A DNA stretch of 64,000 nucleotides. Source: an uncultured Dehalococcoidia bacterium (lineage in GTDB: Bacteria; Chloroflexota; Dehalococcoidia; Lucifugimonadales; UBA3495). The number at the start of each line of letters is the position of its first letter. Position 1 is the stretch's first letter. The stretch is from contig OY282494.1 of NCBI GenBank assembly GCA_958296385.1, forward strand, positions 3,222,956 through 3,286,955, written 5' to 3'. Below the pieces are notes generated by a model. That model was given only the letters and a program-made list of their open reading frames with translations. It was not told the origin of the DNA and ran no database searches. Of this stretch, positions 8,221 to 16,934 are shown piece by piece. The position numbers and the translations under genes were made by a program.

Positions 8221-9102
8221 ATGAGCACACCAAACCAATGCCAATTCTGGGAATGCAAAGTGATAATTCGCAGAGACCGTTTCCTTTGCTTCGACCACTA
8301 CCCCAACTATCAGCAGGGAACAATTGACCAGTGCCCATCTTGCGGGAAGTACAAGGCTACCGAGTACGACCTCTGCCGCAACTGCTATCAGGAACCGCCG
8401 AGGGTGCCGCAGACCGTCATAACTGATGCGGAGCTGCTTAATGAACTGCGCTCCCTGCGCCGCGAACTGGCCCGGCGGGAACGGCTGCAAGACTTTATGG
8501 TTTGCGAGAACGCTACGCTGGAGGAAATGGCGTCGGTTCGCCCAACTACACGAGAGGCAATGCTGGCAATCTATGGCATCGGCCCGGCCAAGATGGAACG
8601 GTTCGGCGCCGACTTTCTCCGTGTGATACGCGAGTCCATACCGGAACCCCCCGCAAGAGAGAACCAACAGCCACCCCCACGCCCCAACACCGTGCAGCGG
8701 GACAACCGGGAATTCGCGGCAGACAAGGATGCCGACAGGTTTTTCGTGTACATCCTCCTGATGAATGGCGGGGAGTATTACATCGGTCAGACCCGGGAGA
8801 TCGACGAGCGGATGCACGAGCATCGCAACAACATGAGCCAGAGCACCAAAGACAGAGAACCCAAGCTACAATGGTTCACCACCGTTGACACACGCAGCGA
8901 TGCGACTGACTTGGAAGCGGAACTTCAAAAACTGAACTCCAACCCCGCCGACCGCCGCAAAATAACCCGATTGGTCGCCGATTTCAAGAAACTAGCCGCC
9001 CATCTGGACTACGAACCGCACCGCCCGGCGGCTGCAAACACCGTCCAGGAAAGCCGCCTGCCCTACGGCGGCGTAACGCCCCCGTCAACCCGCCGCCGGT
9101 AA
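8221..9102 (+). CDS. Zn-ribbon / HRDC-like / GIY-YIG nuclease domain protein
   Basis: The N-terminus is Cys-rich (CQFWEC...CFDH...CPSCG...CRNC). The middle, DFMVCENATLEEMASVRPTTREAMLAIYGIGPAKMERFGADFL, resembles the RecQ HRDC domain. The C-terminus, FFVYILLMNGGEYYIGQTREIDERMHEH, is a GIY-YIG core. Confidence 0.7.
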   Translation: MSTPNQCQFWECKVIIRRDRFLCFDHYPNYQQGTIDQCPSCGKYKATEYDLCRNCYQEPPRVPQTVITDAELLNELRSLRRELARRERLQDFMVCENATLEEMASVRPTTREAMLAIYGIGPAKMERFGADFLRVIRESIPEPPARENQQPPPRPNTVQRDNREFAADKDADRFFVYILLMNGGEYYIGQTREIDERMHEHRNNMSQSTKDREPKLQWFTTVDTRSDATDLEAELQKLNSNPADRRKITRLVADFKKLAAHLDYEPHRPAAANTVQESRLPYGGVTPPSTRRR

Positions 9103-9183
9103 AACTACCGCCAAAGGAACGGCCCCTGACGCCCGCCCGCCGGGGGCCAATCCGGTTACAGGATTTGTCCCACGAGGTGGAAA

Positions 9184-9567
9184 GTGATTGTAGAGAAAAG
9201 ACGGTCTTACAAGGACGGCATCCCTCCCTTCCACCCCGGCGAATATCTGGCCGACGAGCTTGCGGAAATCCAAATGTCCCCCGCCAAGTTTGACGCCGCC
9301 CTGGCCCTTACCCCCGGCACCACCGCCCTGCTTCTGGACGGTTGCATTGACATAACCCCGGAGCTGGCCCTGCGCCTCTCCCATTACTTCGGCGGCGGCG
9401 CACGCCTGTGGATGAGCTTACAAAGCACTCACGACGTAAAAATCTATGCCCGCCAGCACGGCCGCGCCATCGCCGCGCAAGTCCGCCCGCTGGTGGACTA
9501 CGGCTGCCTCCCCCACGATAATTCCCCCCGAGGCTGGCCGCCGCCCGATGATTGTCAACTTCCGTGA
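9184..9567 (+). CDS. higA: HigA-like HTH antitoxin (extra copy upstream of higB)
   Basis: FHPGEYLADELAEIQMSPAKF...ITPELALRLSHYFGGGARLWMSLQSTHDV is the HigA/XRE pattern. The gene overlaps the higB start by 20 nt. Confidence 0.7.
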   Translation: MIVEKRRSYKDGIPPFHPGEYLADELAEIQMSPAKFDAALALTPGTTALLLDGCIDITPELALRLSHYFGGGARLWMSLQSTHDVKIYARQHGRAIAAQVRPLVDYGCLPHDNSPRGWPPPDDCQLP

Positions 9568-9826
9568 CCGTAACACCAGACGGTTGTTTTTCGGCGAACG
9601 CGTGCCGGCATTCCAGGGATTTGAGAAACCAGCCCTATCCCAATTGATTGCCCTCGACACCGCCAGCGTCCTGTCAGACTTGGCTGCCCGCCGCGGCAAT
9701 CGTCTCGAAGCTCTTTCCGGCAACCGTGATGGGCAGCACAGCATCCGCATCAACCGCCGGTGGCGCATCTGTTTTCGCTGGACGGATGACGGCCCCCACG
9801 ATGTTGAAATAGTGGACTACCACTGA
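9548..9826 (+). CDS. higB: HigB-type toxin (plasmid maintenance system killer family)
   Basis: MIVNFRDRNTRRLFFGERVPAF...LEALSGNRDGQHSIRINRRWRICFRWTDDGPHDVEIVDYH is the canonical family ending. Confidence 0.8.
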   Translation: MIVNFRDRNTRRLFFGERVPAFQGFEKPALSQLIALDTASVLSDLAARRGNRLEALSGNRDGQHSIRINRRWRICFRWTDDGPHDVEIVDYH

Positions 9827-9836
9827 GTGACACGCT

Positions 9837-10187
9837 ATGAGCAACAACAATAATGATGATGCAACCTCCATCCATCCGGGCAAACTACTGGCCGGTGAAA
9901 TGGCGGCGCTGGTTATGACCCCCGCCGATTTTGCCGCCGTGCTGTCCATACCCGTAAGCACTGCCCAAGCCCTGCTGGCCCAGCGCACCGGCGTAACCCC
10001 CGAACTGGCTTTGCGCCTGGCCCAGTGTTTCGGCACCTCGGCCCGTTTCTGGACCGACCTGCAAAACGCCTACGACCTCCACGTCGCCGCCCAAAAACAC
10101 GCCGCCGCCATCGCCGCCCAAATCACCCCCCGCACCACACCCGACAATACCCCCAACAGTGCTAAAATCAGCAGCGCTTCCAATTAA
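9837..10187 (+). CDS. higA: HigA antitoxin (HTH)
   Basis: IHPGKLLAGEMAAL...VTPELALRLAQCFGTSARFWTDLQNAYDL. The gene starts 10 nt after higB. Confidence 0.8.
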   Translation: MSNNNNDDATSIHPGKLLAGEMAALVMTPADFAAVLSIPVSTAQALLAQRTGVTPELALRLAQCFGTSARFWTDLQNAYDLHVAAQKHAAAIAAQITPRTTPDNTPNSAKISSASN

Positions 10188-10217
10188 CTTCTCACGTCAC
10201 CCACAAGGAGCAGCCAA

Positions 10218-11288
10218 ATGAAATTCGGTTTGATGTACGAAATCCAGGTGCCGGAACCCCACTATCCCGGCATCGAGGCCGAGCGTTACAAGCAGGTTAT
10301 GGCTCAGGTTGAGCTGGCCGACGACGTTGGCTTTGACTACTTCTGGACGGTGGAGCACCACTTCCTGCGCGAGTTCTCCCACTGCTCCGCCCCCGAAGTG
10401 CTGTACGGCGCCATCTCCCAGCGCACCAAGCGCATCCGCATCGGCCACGCCGTCGCCCTGCTGCCCGGCGCCTACAACCACCCTGTCCGCGTCGCCGAGC
10501 GCGCCGCCGTCCTCGACATCGTCAGCGATGGCCGCATGGACCTGGGCACCGGACGCTCCACCACTCTAATCGAGATGGACGGCTTTGAGGTTGACCCCGA
10601 AACTACCAAGTCGCAATGGCGCGAGGCCATCGGCATGATTCCCCGGATGTGGACTGAGGACCCCTTCTCCCACGCCGGCGAGTTCTACAACATCCCCCCG
10701 CGCTCCGTCATCCCCAAGCCCGTGCAAAACCCGCACCCGCCCATGTGGATGGCGTGCAGCCAGCCCGCCTCCTTCGGCGAGGCCGGCGAGTTGGGCGTCG
10801 GCGTCCTCTGCTTCAACCTCGGCGGACACGAACAGCTCGTCGAGCGCGTCCAAATCTACCGCGATGCCGTCAAGAACACCCAGCCCATCGGCAGCATGGT
10901 CAACGACAACATCGCCGCCCTCTGCATGGTGCACGTCGCCGACACCGACCAGGCCGCCTATGACGCCGCCGCCCGCGAGGGCGAGTGGTTCGTGGGCAAA
11001 GCCGAGGAACTCTACTCCCCCTGGGCCGGCCGCAGCGTCCCCGACAGCTACCGTTTCGCCGTGGACGCCGTCCAGACCGAACGCGTCAACAAGACCGCCG
11101 ACGACCACATCGAATCCGGCGCCTTCGCCATGGGCAGCCCCGAAACCGTCATCAAAACCATCGAGAAATACCGTGAAGCCGGCGTTGACCAGATACTCTG
11201 CTTCATGCAGATGGGCAACCTCCCCCACAGCAACATAATGAACAGCATCCGCCTCTTCGGCAAATACGTAATCCCCCACTTCCTCTAA
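10218..11288 (+). CDS. LLM-class (luciferase-like) flavin/F420-dependent oxidoreductase
   Basis: AGGAG lies before ATG 10218. The sequence MKFGLMYEIQ...GFDYFWTVEHHF...RIRIGHAV...GRMDLGTGRS supports the call. Confidence 0.85.
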   Translation: MKFGLMYEIQVPEPHYPGIEAERYKQVMAQVELADDVGFDYFWTVEHHFLREFSHCSAPEVLYGAISQRTKRIRIGHAVALLPGAYNHPVRVAERAAVLDIVSDGRMDLGTGRSTTLIEMDGFEVDPETTKSQWREAIGMIPRMWTEDPFSHAGEFYNIPPRSVIPKPVQNPHPPMWMACSQPASFGEAGELGVGVLCFNLGGHEQLVERVQIYRDAVKNTQPIGSMVNDNIAALCMVHVADTDQAAYDAAAREGEWFVGKAEELYSPWAGRSVPDSYRFAVDAVQTERVNKTADDHIESGAFAMGSPETVIKTIEKYREAGVDQILCFMQMGNLPHSNIMNSIRLFGKYVIPHFL

Positions 11289-11320
11289 CCCACCACCCGA
11301 CGCCGGCGCACACTACATAA

Positions 11321-11370
11321 CGCCCCGTATCCTTACCATCCCGCAAAGACGGCGGTAAGGATGCGGGGCG
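11321..11370. terminator. 17-bp stem hairpin between convergent genes
   Basis: CGCCCCGTATCCTTACC (11321-11337) pairs with GGTAAGGATGCGGGGCG (11354-11370), with one G-U pair and a 16-nt loop. Confidence 0.5.
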
Positions 11371-11406
11371 CGTTCCATCGCCGCAAACCGTCCACGCTGC
11401 AATAGC

Positions 11407-11709
11407 CTAATCCGACGAAGGCAGTTGTTTCGCCTCTTGCAGTTCCATCGGCTCCCCGTTCAGCCGCAAGTCGCACTTGCCGGCTTTGGTAATCAGCACC
11501 GACACGCTCCCGTCGGCCGACGACAGCCGCTTGCCCATCGTTACCTCCGGCGCGTCATCCGCCGGCGCTGCCCCGCCAAAATCCACGTTCGCCCCCTTAA
11601 TTTGCAGCAGCACGTCGCCGTCGGTCAAATCCCCGTCGCCGCTGGCCTTGCTCACAATCATCTCCGCCCCGCCGGGCGCCACGTACCGTTGTCCCGTTTT
11701 CAAATTCAT
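11407..11709 (-). CDS. hypothetical small protein
   Basis: Met22 of the track ORF is taken as the start because a TATAAT box overlaps the annotated GTG start. There are two internal segments of the form ...V.K A.GxGDL...G. No family was recognised with confidence. Confidence 0.4.
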   Translation of the reverse strand: MNLKTGQRYVAPGGAEMIVSKASGDGDLTDGDVLLQIKGANVDFGGAAPADDAPEVTMGKRLSSADGSVSVLITKAGKCDLRLNGEPMELQEAKQLPSSD

Positions 11710-11761
11710 CGTTCGCGCTACCTCATAAACTCCCGGACCAACTCCCAAATCAATGCCCAAA

Positions 11762-11791
11762 ATTATAGACACCGCCCAACAACAGCGTCAA
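11762..11791 (-). promoter_or_regulatory. sigma70-like promoter (TTGACG-18-TATAAT)
   Basis: On the minus strand, TTGACG is at 11791-11786, followed by an 18-nt spacer and TATAAT at 11767-11762. Confidence 0.4.
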
Positions 11792-11909
11792 TGCGCCTGA
11801 ACCCCGGCATCAACCCCGGCATCAACCCCGGCGCACCCCGTCCCCCCGGCAATTTGTGGTACATTACCCCCGTCGTTCCACCCCGATACCCTCACGGAGG
11901 CCGCCTGAT

Positions 11910-14249
11910 ATGCTTGACTACAAACCCAACATCGTACTGGCTGACCCAGACCACGAGTACCGCGTCGTCGGCACCCGCCCGGTGCGCCACGATGGCCCCG
12001 ACAAGGTGCTGGGCCGCGCCCGTTACGCCGCCGACATCCATCTGCCCGGTATGCTCCACGGCAAAATCCTGCGCAGCCCCCACGCCCACGCCCGCATCCG
12101 CGCCATCGACCCCGCCCGCGCTCTGGCCCTCCCCGGCGTCCACGCCGTCGTCACCGGCGCCGATTTCCCCGACGTCTCCGCCGAAATCAAAGACCAGGAG
12201 GAGGGCGCCACCGTCAACTACGGTTTCTACAGCCGCAACGTTATGGCCCGCGAGAAAGCCCTCTACCGTGGCCACGCCGTCGCCGCCATCGTCGCCGACT
12301 CACCCCATCTCGCCGAGGAAGCCCTCGCCCTGATTGACGTCGACTACGCAGTCCTGCCCCCCGTCCTGACCGCCGACTCTGCCATGGCCCCCGGCGCGCC
12401 GTTAGTCCATGAGCGTCTGGTAACCCTGGCCAACCCCGCCCTGCGCTCCGGCGGCTGGGCTGAGGGCGACGCCGGCGACGGTTCCAACGTCTCCAACCAT
12501 TTCCAGTTCACCCTGGGCGACGTCGCCGCCGGCTTTGCCGAAGCCGACGCCATCGTTGAGCGCGAGTATCACACCAAAGCCGTTCACCAGGGCTACATTG
12601 AACCCCACTCGGCCACCGCCCGCTGGAACACCGATGGCACTGTAACCGTCTGGGCCAGCAGCCAGGGCCATTTCGCCCTGCGCGACCACACCAGCCGCAT
12701 CCTCGGCATCTCCGTCGGCCAGCTCAACGTCGTCCCCATGGAAATCGGCGGCGGCTTTGGCGGCAAGGGGCAGGGCGGCTGCTACCTGGAGCCGGTCGTC
12801 GCCGCGCTGGCCCGCAAAGTCGGCCGCCCCGTCAAGATTGCCATGAGCCGCCCCGAAGTTTTCACCGGCACCGGCCCCACCTCTGGCAGCCACATCAAGG
12901 TCAAGGTCGGCGGCACCCGTGATGGCCGGTTCACCGCAGCCCAGGCCACTCTGGTGTACGAGGCCGGCGCCTTTCCCGGCTCCCCCGTCCCCAGCGGCTG
13001 CCGCACCATGTTCGCCCCCTACGCCGTCCCCAACGGATTCGTCGAGGGCTACGACGTGGTTACCAACGTGCAGAAATCGGCCGCCTACCGCGCCCCCGGC
13101 TCGCCGGCCGCGTCCTTTGCCGCTGAGCAGGCCATTGACGAGTTGTGCGAGAAACTGGGCGTTGACCCGCTGGAGTTCCGCCTGGCCAACGCCTCCAAAG
13201 AGGGTTCCCGGCAGGTTGCCGGCCCCACTTTCCGGCGCATCGGAATGGTGGAGATTTTGCAGGCCACCCAGGAGCATCCCCACCTGTCCGCCCCGGTTCC
13301 CGAACCCTCCGGCCCCGGCAAGCGCACCGGGCGCGGCATCGCCGCCGGCGCCTGGTTCAACGGCACCGGCCCCGCCAGCGCCGTCGCCAGCGTTATGCCC
13401 GATGGCACCGTCAGCCTCATCGAGGGTTCCCCCGACATCGGCGGCTCCCGCGCCGCCATGGCCATGCACATCGCCGAAGTCCTCGGCCTGCCCGCCGAGA
13501 ACATCAAGCCCTCCATCGTTGACACCGACAGCATCGGATACAGCAGCGGCGCCGGCGGCAGCGGCGTGACTTTCAAGATGGGCACCGCCGTCTATCAGGC
13601 CGGCGAGGATGTCCGACGGCAGCTCATCGAGCGCGCCGCCCGCATCTGGGATGTCCCCGTTGACGACGTGGAATACCAGCCCGACGGCACCCTGGCCCAC
13701 AAATCCGATGACGCCCTGCGCCTCACTTTCCAGCAGATTGCCCGCCGTCTCAACGGCACCGGCGGCCCCATAGTCGGCCGTGCCACCGCCAACCCCGGCG
13801 GCGTCGGCAACGCTTTCGCCATCAACGTCGCCGACGTAGAAGTTGACGTCGAAACCGGCAAGGTTGACGTCCTCCGTTTCACCGCCATTCAGGACTGCGG
13901 CAAAGCCATCCACCCCAGCTACGTAGAGGGGCAAATCCAGGGCGGCGCCGTGCAGGGCATCGGCTGGGCTCTCAACGAGGAATACTACTTTGACGACGAC
14001 GGCCAGATGCTGAACTCGTCGTTCCTCGACTACCGGATGCCCACCGCGCTGGACTTGCCCATGATTGACACCGTAATCGTCGAAGTAGCCAACCCCGGCC
14101 ACCCCCTCGGCGTCCGCGGCGTCGGCGAAGTGTCCCTCGTCCCCCCCATGGCCGCCATCGGCAACGCTATCGCCAAAGCCACCGGCGCCCGCCTCGAAAG
14201 CCTCCCCATGAACCCCGCCGCCGTCCTCGAAGCCCTCTGGCAGCAATAA
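11910..14249 (+). CDS. xanthine dehydrogenase/aldehyde oxidase-family molybdopterin-binding subunit
   Basis: MLDYKPNIVLADPDHEYRVVGTRPVRHDGPDKVLGRARYAADI...GKILRSPHAHARI is the hammerhead N-terminus. The ~780-aa length and ...GGGFGGKG... are consistent with the family. Confidence 0.9.
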   Translation: MLDYKPNIVLADPDHEYRVVGTRPVRHDGPDKVLGRARYAADIHLPGMLHGKILRSPHAHARIRAIDPARALALPGVHAVVTGADFPDVSAEIKDQEEGATVNYGFYSRNVMAREKALYRGHAVAAIVADSPHLAEEALALIDVDYAVLPPVLTADSAMAPGAPLVHERLVTLANPALRSGGWAEGDAGDGSNVSNHFQFTLGDVAAGFAEADAIVEREYHTKAVHQGYIEPHSATARWNTDGTVTVWASSQGHFALRDHTSRILGISVGQLNVVPMEIGGGFGGKGQGGCYLEPVVAALARKVGRPVKIAMSRPEVFTGTGPTSGSHIKVKVGGTRDGRFTAAQATLVYEAGAFPGSPVPSGCRTMFAPYAVPNGFVEGYDVVTNVQKSAAYRAPGSPAASFAAEQAIDELCEKLGVDPLEFRLANASKEGSRQVAGPTFRRIGMVEILQATQEHPHLSAPVPEPSGPGKRTGRGIAAGAWFNGTGPASAVASVMPDGTVSLIEGSPDIGGSRAAMAMHIAEVLGLPAENIKPSIVDTDSIGYSSGAGGSGVTFKMGTAVYQAGEDVRRQLIERAARIWDVPVDDVEYQPDGTLAHKSDDALRLTFQQIARRLNGTGGPIVGRATANPGGVGNAFAINVADVEVDVETGKVDVLRFTAIQDCGKAIHPSYVEGQIQGGAVQGIGWALNEEYYFDDDGQMLNSSFLDYRMPTALDLPMIDTVIVEVANPGHPLGVRGVGEVSLVPPMAAIGNAIAKATGARLESLPMNPAAVLEALWQQ

Positions 14250-14317
14250 CCCGCAACAACCCCCAACCCCCCAACGACACAGCACCCCCCTCGCCCCCAA
14301 AAACACAACGAGGGGGT

Positions 14318-14340
14318 CTGGGGGAAATCATTTCCCCCAG
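14318..14340. terminator. 23-nt perfect palindrome after the Mo-enzyme gene
   Basis: The sequence is CTGGGGGAAAT-C-ATTTCCCCCAG. Confidence 0.4.
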
Positions 14341-14427
14341 CGTCACCCCCCTACTTGTCAGCCGGCCATCTTGTGTTAAAATTGTTACAACCCCAGCGTT
14401 TGTAACGCAATCCCAAAGGAGGTTGAC

Positions 14428-14772
14428 ATGGAACTCGCCGAATATCTCTCCGCTTACCAGGACTACTGGTCGGACAACCTATCCAAGCTTTTAGCCATCA
14501 AAGCCTCCGAAACCATCACCGTGGACGCCGCGTTGCTCCGGCTCATTGCCGACCTCGACGAACCCACCTACCTGCAAGTGCTAACCCGCTTGCGGCAGCT
14601 GTTGGAACTGGCCTCCCCGCTGGACACCCCGGCGGCGGACGCCCCCACGCTGACCGCCCCCACGCTGGCCAGCCTGGCCGACTCCAACCGGACCAACGGT
14701 ACGGAGGCCGCCATCATCGGGTCGCAACTCGACGCCCCGGACATCGTCCTGATGGACTTGCTCGCGGCCTGA
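14428..14772 (+). CDS. hypothetical protein
   Basis: AGGAGG lies upstream of the ATG. The 114-aa ORF has ordinary composition and no recognised family. Confidence 0.35.
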   Translation: MELAEYLSAYQDYWSDNLSKLLAIKASETITVDAALLRLIADLDEPTYLQVLTRLRQLLELASPLDTPAADAPTLTAPTLASLADSNRTNGTEAAIIGSQLDAPDIVLMDLLAA

Positions 14773-14795
14773 CCGCACTCACCGGCCCCTTAACC

Positions 14796-14826
14796 CCTGA
14801 CGCCCCCGCACTCCGGGGGCGTCAGG
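14796..14826. terminator. 13-bp GC-rich hairpin between convergent genes
   Basis: CCTGACGCCCCCG (14796-14808) pairs with CGGGGGCGTCAGG (14814-14826) around loop CACTC, followed by CATTT. Confidence 0.55.
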
Positions 14827-14886
14827 CATTTCCGGGGGCGCCAGGCATTAAGCAAACGCCGTCTCGCCGCTGGCAAAAGCCTCGCG

Positions 14887-15819
14887 CTACACCTGCCGCT
14901 GCTTGGGGTCCAGCCGGTCCCGCAGCCAGTCGCCCAGCAGGTTCATGCTCAGCACCACCAGCATAATCGCCAGGCCGGGGAACAGCGATACCCACCAGCC
15001 TTGCGCCGATGCAATCAGCACCCGCCCGTCGGCTACCATCAGACCCCACGCCGGTTCCGGCGGCGGAATCCCCGCCCCCAGAAAGCTCAGCGTAGCCTCC
15101 AGGATGATGACGAACCCCACGTTCAGCGTGGCCAGCACGATTATGCTGTTGAACACGTTGGGGAATACGTGCCGCAGCATTATGCGCCGGTGCGATGCCC
15201 CCGACACCTGCGCCCGTGCGATAAAGTCCTGCACCCGCACCGCCAGCGTTTCGCCCCGCACCAGCCGGGCGTAGCGCGACCACATCAGCAGCACCAGCAC
15301 CGTTATCACCGTGGCCATGCTCGGTTTCGTCGCCGCCACAATAACCAGCGCCAGCAGAATAATCGGAATGGACAGCGATATATCCACCAGCCGCATCACC
15401 AGACCGTCCACCCAGCCGCCCCAATACCCGGCCGCAATCCCCAGCGTCGTGCCCACCACCCCGGCAATCAAAATGGCGATGGCGGCAATCATCACCGACA
15501 CCCGGGCCCCGTGCATAATCCGCGAGAGAATGTCCCGCCCCACCCGGTCCGTGCCCAGCAGGTACTCGGTGCTCCCACCCTCCATCCAGGCCGGCGGTTG
15601 CAGCTTGGCCGACAGGCTGCCCAGCTTGGGGTCGTGCGGCGCAATCCAGTCCGCAAAGATCGCCGGTATCACCATCACGGCGAGCAGCAGCACCACCGGA
15701 AACAGCGGATACCGCCGCACCTCCGCCAGGATGCGGCCAACTCGGCCGCTCGGCGCCGGGGCGGATTCCGGCATTTCCTCTATTGCCGGCGGATTGGCGA
15801 TGCGGTTTTCCGCAGCCAT
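14887..15819 (-). CDS. ABC transporter permease (DppC/OppC-like)
   Basis: Multi-TM protein. It has ...[22 protein letters not shown]... and the EAA-like loop region typical of peptide/nickel permeases. Confidence 0.9.
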   Translation of the reverse strand: MAAENRIANPPAIEEMPESAPAPSGRVGRILAEVRRYPLFPVVLLLAVMVIPAIFADWIAPHDPKLGSLSAKLQPPAWMEGGSTEYLLGTDRVGRDILSRIMHGARVSVMIAAIAILIAGVVGTTLGIAAGYWGGWVDGLVMRLVDISLSIPIILLALVIVAATKPSMATVITVLVLLMWSRYARLVRGETLAVRVQDFIARAQVSGASHRRIMLRHVFPNVFNSIIVLATLNVGFVIILEATLSFLGAGIPPPEPAWGLMVADGRVLIASAQGWWVSLFPGLAIMLVVLSMNLLGDWLRDRLDPKQRQV

Positions 15820-15831
15820 AGCGATGTTCTC

Positions 15832-16755
15832 CTAATTGTAGCGTATGCGCGGGTCAACGTAGGCGTAGGCAATGTCAACCAGCAGGTTGGCCACGATGTA
15901 CACCATGCAGAAGGTGATTACCACCGCCTGCACCACCGGAAAATCTTTCGTGTTCGCCGCATCCACCGCCAGCCGTCCCACGCCCGGCCAGGCGAATACG
16001 AACTCAATGGATACCGAACCCACCATCAGGGAGCCGATTATCAGCGCGAAGTACGTGAACGGCGCAATCGCCGCGTTCCGCAGGCAGTGTTTCCAGATTA
16101 CTTTCCACTCCACTACGCCCTTGATGCGCGCCAGTTTCACGTACTCCGAATCCAGCACGTCCAGCATCGACGAGCGCACCAGCCGCATCAGCGCCGCCAC
16201 CTGGAACCACCCGATGGCGATGGCCGGCAGTATGTACGACAGCGCCCCCTGCTCTTTGCCCGACACCGGGAACCAGCCCAGCTGCGCCGCAAACACCCAC
16301 ATCAGCATCAGCCCCAGCCAGAACGCCGGCAGCGACTGCCCGAACAGCGCGATGAGCTTGCCCATGTAGTCCAGCGGCGTATCCTTTTTAACCGCCGACA
16401 GCACCCCAACCGGAACCGCAATCACGATGGCCACCACCACCGCCACGCCGGCCAGCGCCGCCGTATTAGGCAGCCTTTCCAGCACCAGGCTGATTGCCGA
16501 CCGCCCCCGCACCCGCAGCGACTCGCCAAAGTCGCCGGTCAAAGCGTTGCCCAGAAAAGTAAGGTACTGGATATGCAGTGGCCGGTCCAGCCCCCACTCC
16601 GCGCGCAGCCGTTCCGCGTCCTGTACCGTTGCCTCCAGCGGCAGCAGCACGTCCAGCGGATCGCCGGACAGCCGCGCCAGCGAGAACACCACCACCGTCA
16701 GCACCAGCAGGGTGAGGATGGATTGCCCAATTCTAATCAGTATGTATCGCTGCAC
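15832..16755 (-). CDS. ABC transporter permease (DppB/OppB-like)
   Basis: MQRYILIRIGQSILTLLVLTVVVF...DPRIRY(N) gives the classic family start and end. Confidence 0.9.
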   Translation of the reverse strand: MQRYILIRIGQSILTLLVLTVVVFSLARLSGDPLDVLLPLEATVQDAERLRAEWGLDRPLHIQYLTFLGNALTGDFGESLRVRGRSAISLVLERLPNTAALAGVAVVVAIVIAVPVGVLSAVKKDTPLDYMGKLIALFGQSLPAFWLGLMLMWVFAAQLGWFPVSGKEQGALSYILPAIAIGWFQVAALMRLVRSSMLDVLDSEYVKLARIKGVVEWKVIWKHCLRNAAIAPFTYFALIIGSLMVGSVSIEFVFAWPGVGRLAVDAANTKDFPVVQAVVITFCMVYIVANLLVDIAYAYVDPRIRYN

Positions 16756-16934
16756 GGTTAGTTACCTGATTGATGGTGTAGAGGAGTTAACAGTTGAGAA
16801 CAAACCCGACGTTGGCGCCCCGTCCGGGACCGCCGCCGTCGCCATAATCCTATGCAATCTTACACTTACTTACGCAACCGTAGGGGCGAACCATAATTCG
16901 CCCCTACGATACTGCCCGATGTTCTGCTCCGGAC

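Noticed and set aside
12402-14306. 634-aa minus-strand ORF
   Set aside because: It lies antisense to the molybdopterin enzyme gene and gives a Gly/Ala/Asp low-complexity translation. The same reasoning applies to 15001-16761(+), 16962-18662(+), 19782-21701(+), 35060-36040(+), 38583-39686(+), 43940-45115(-), 46463-47503(+), 55596-56915(+), 56609-57646(+) and 58243-59304(-).
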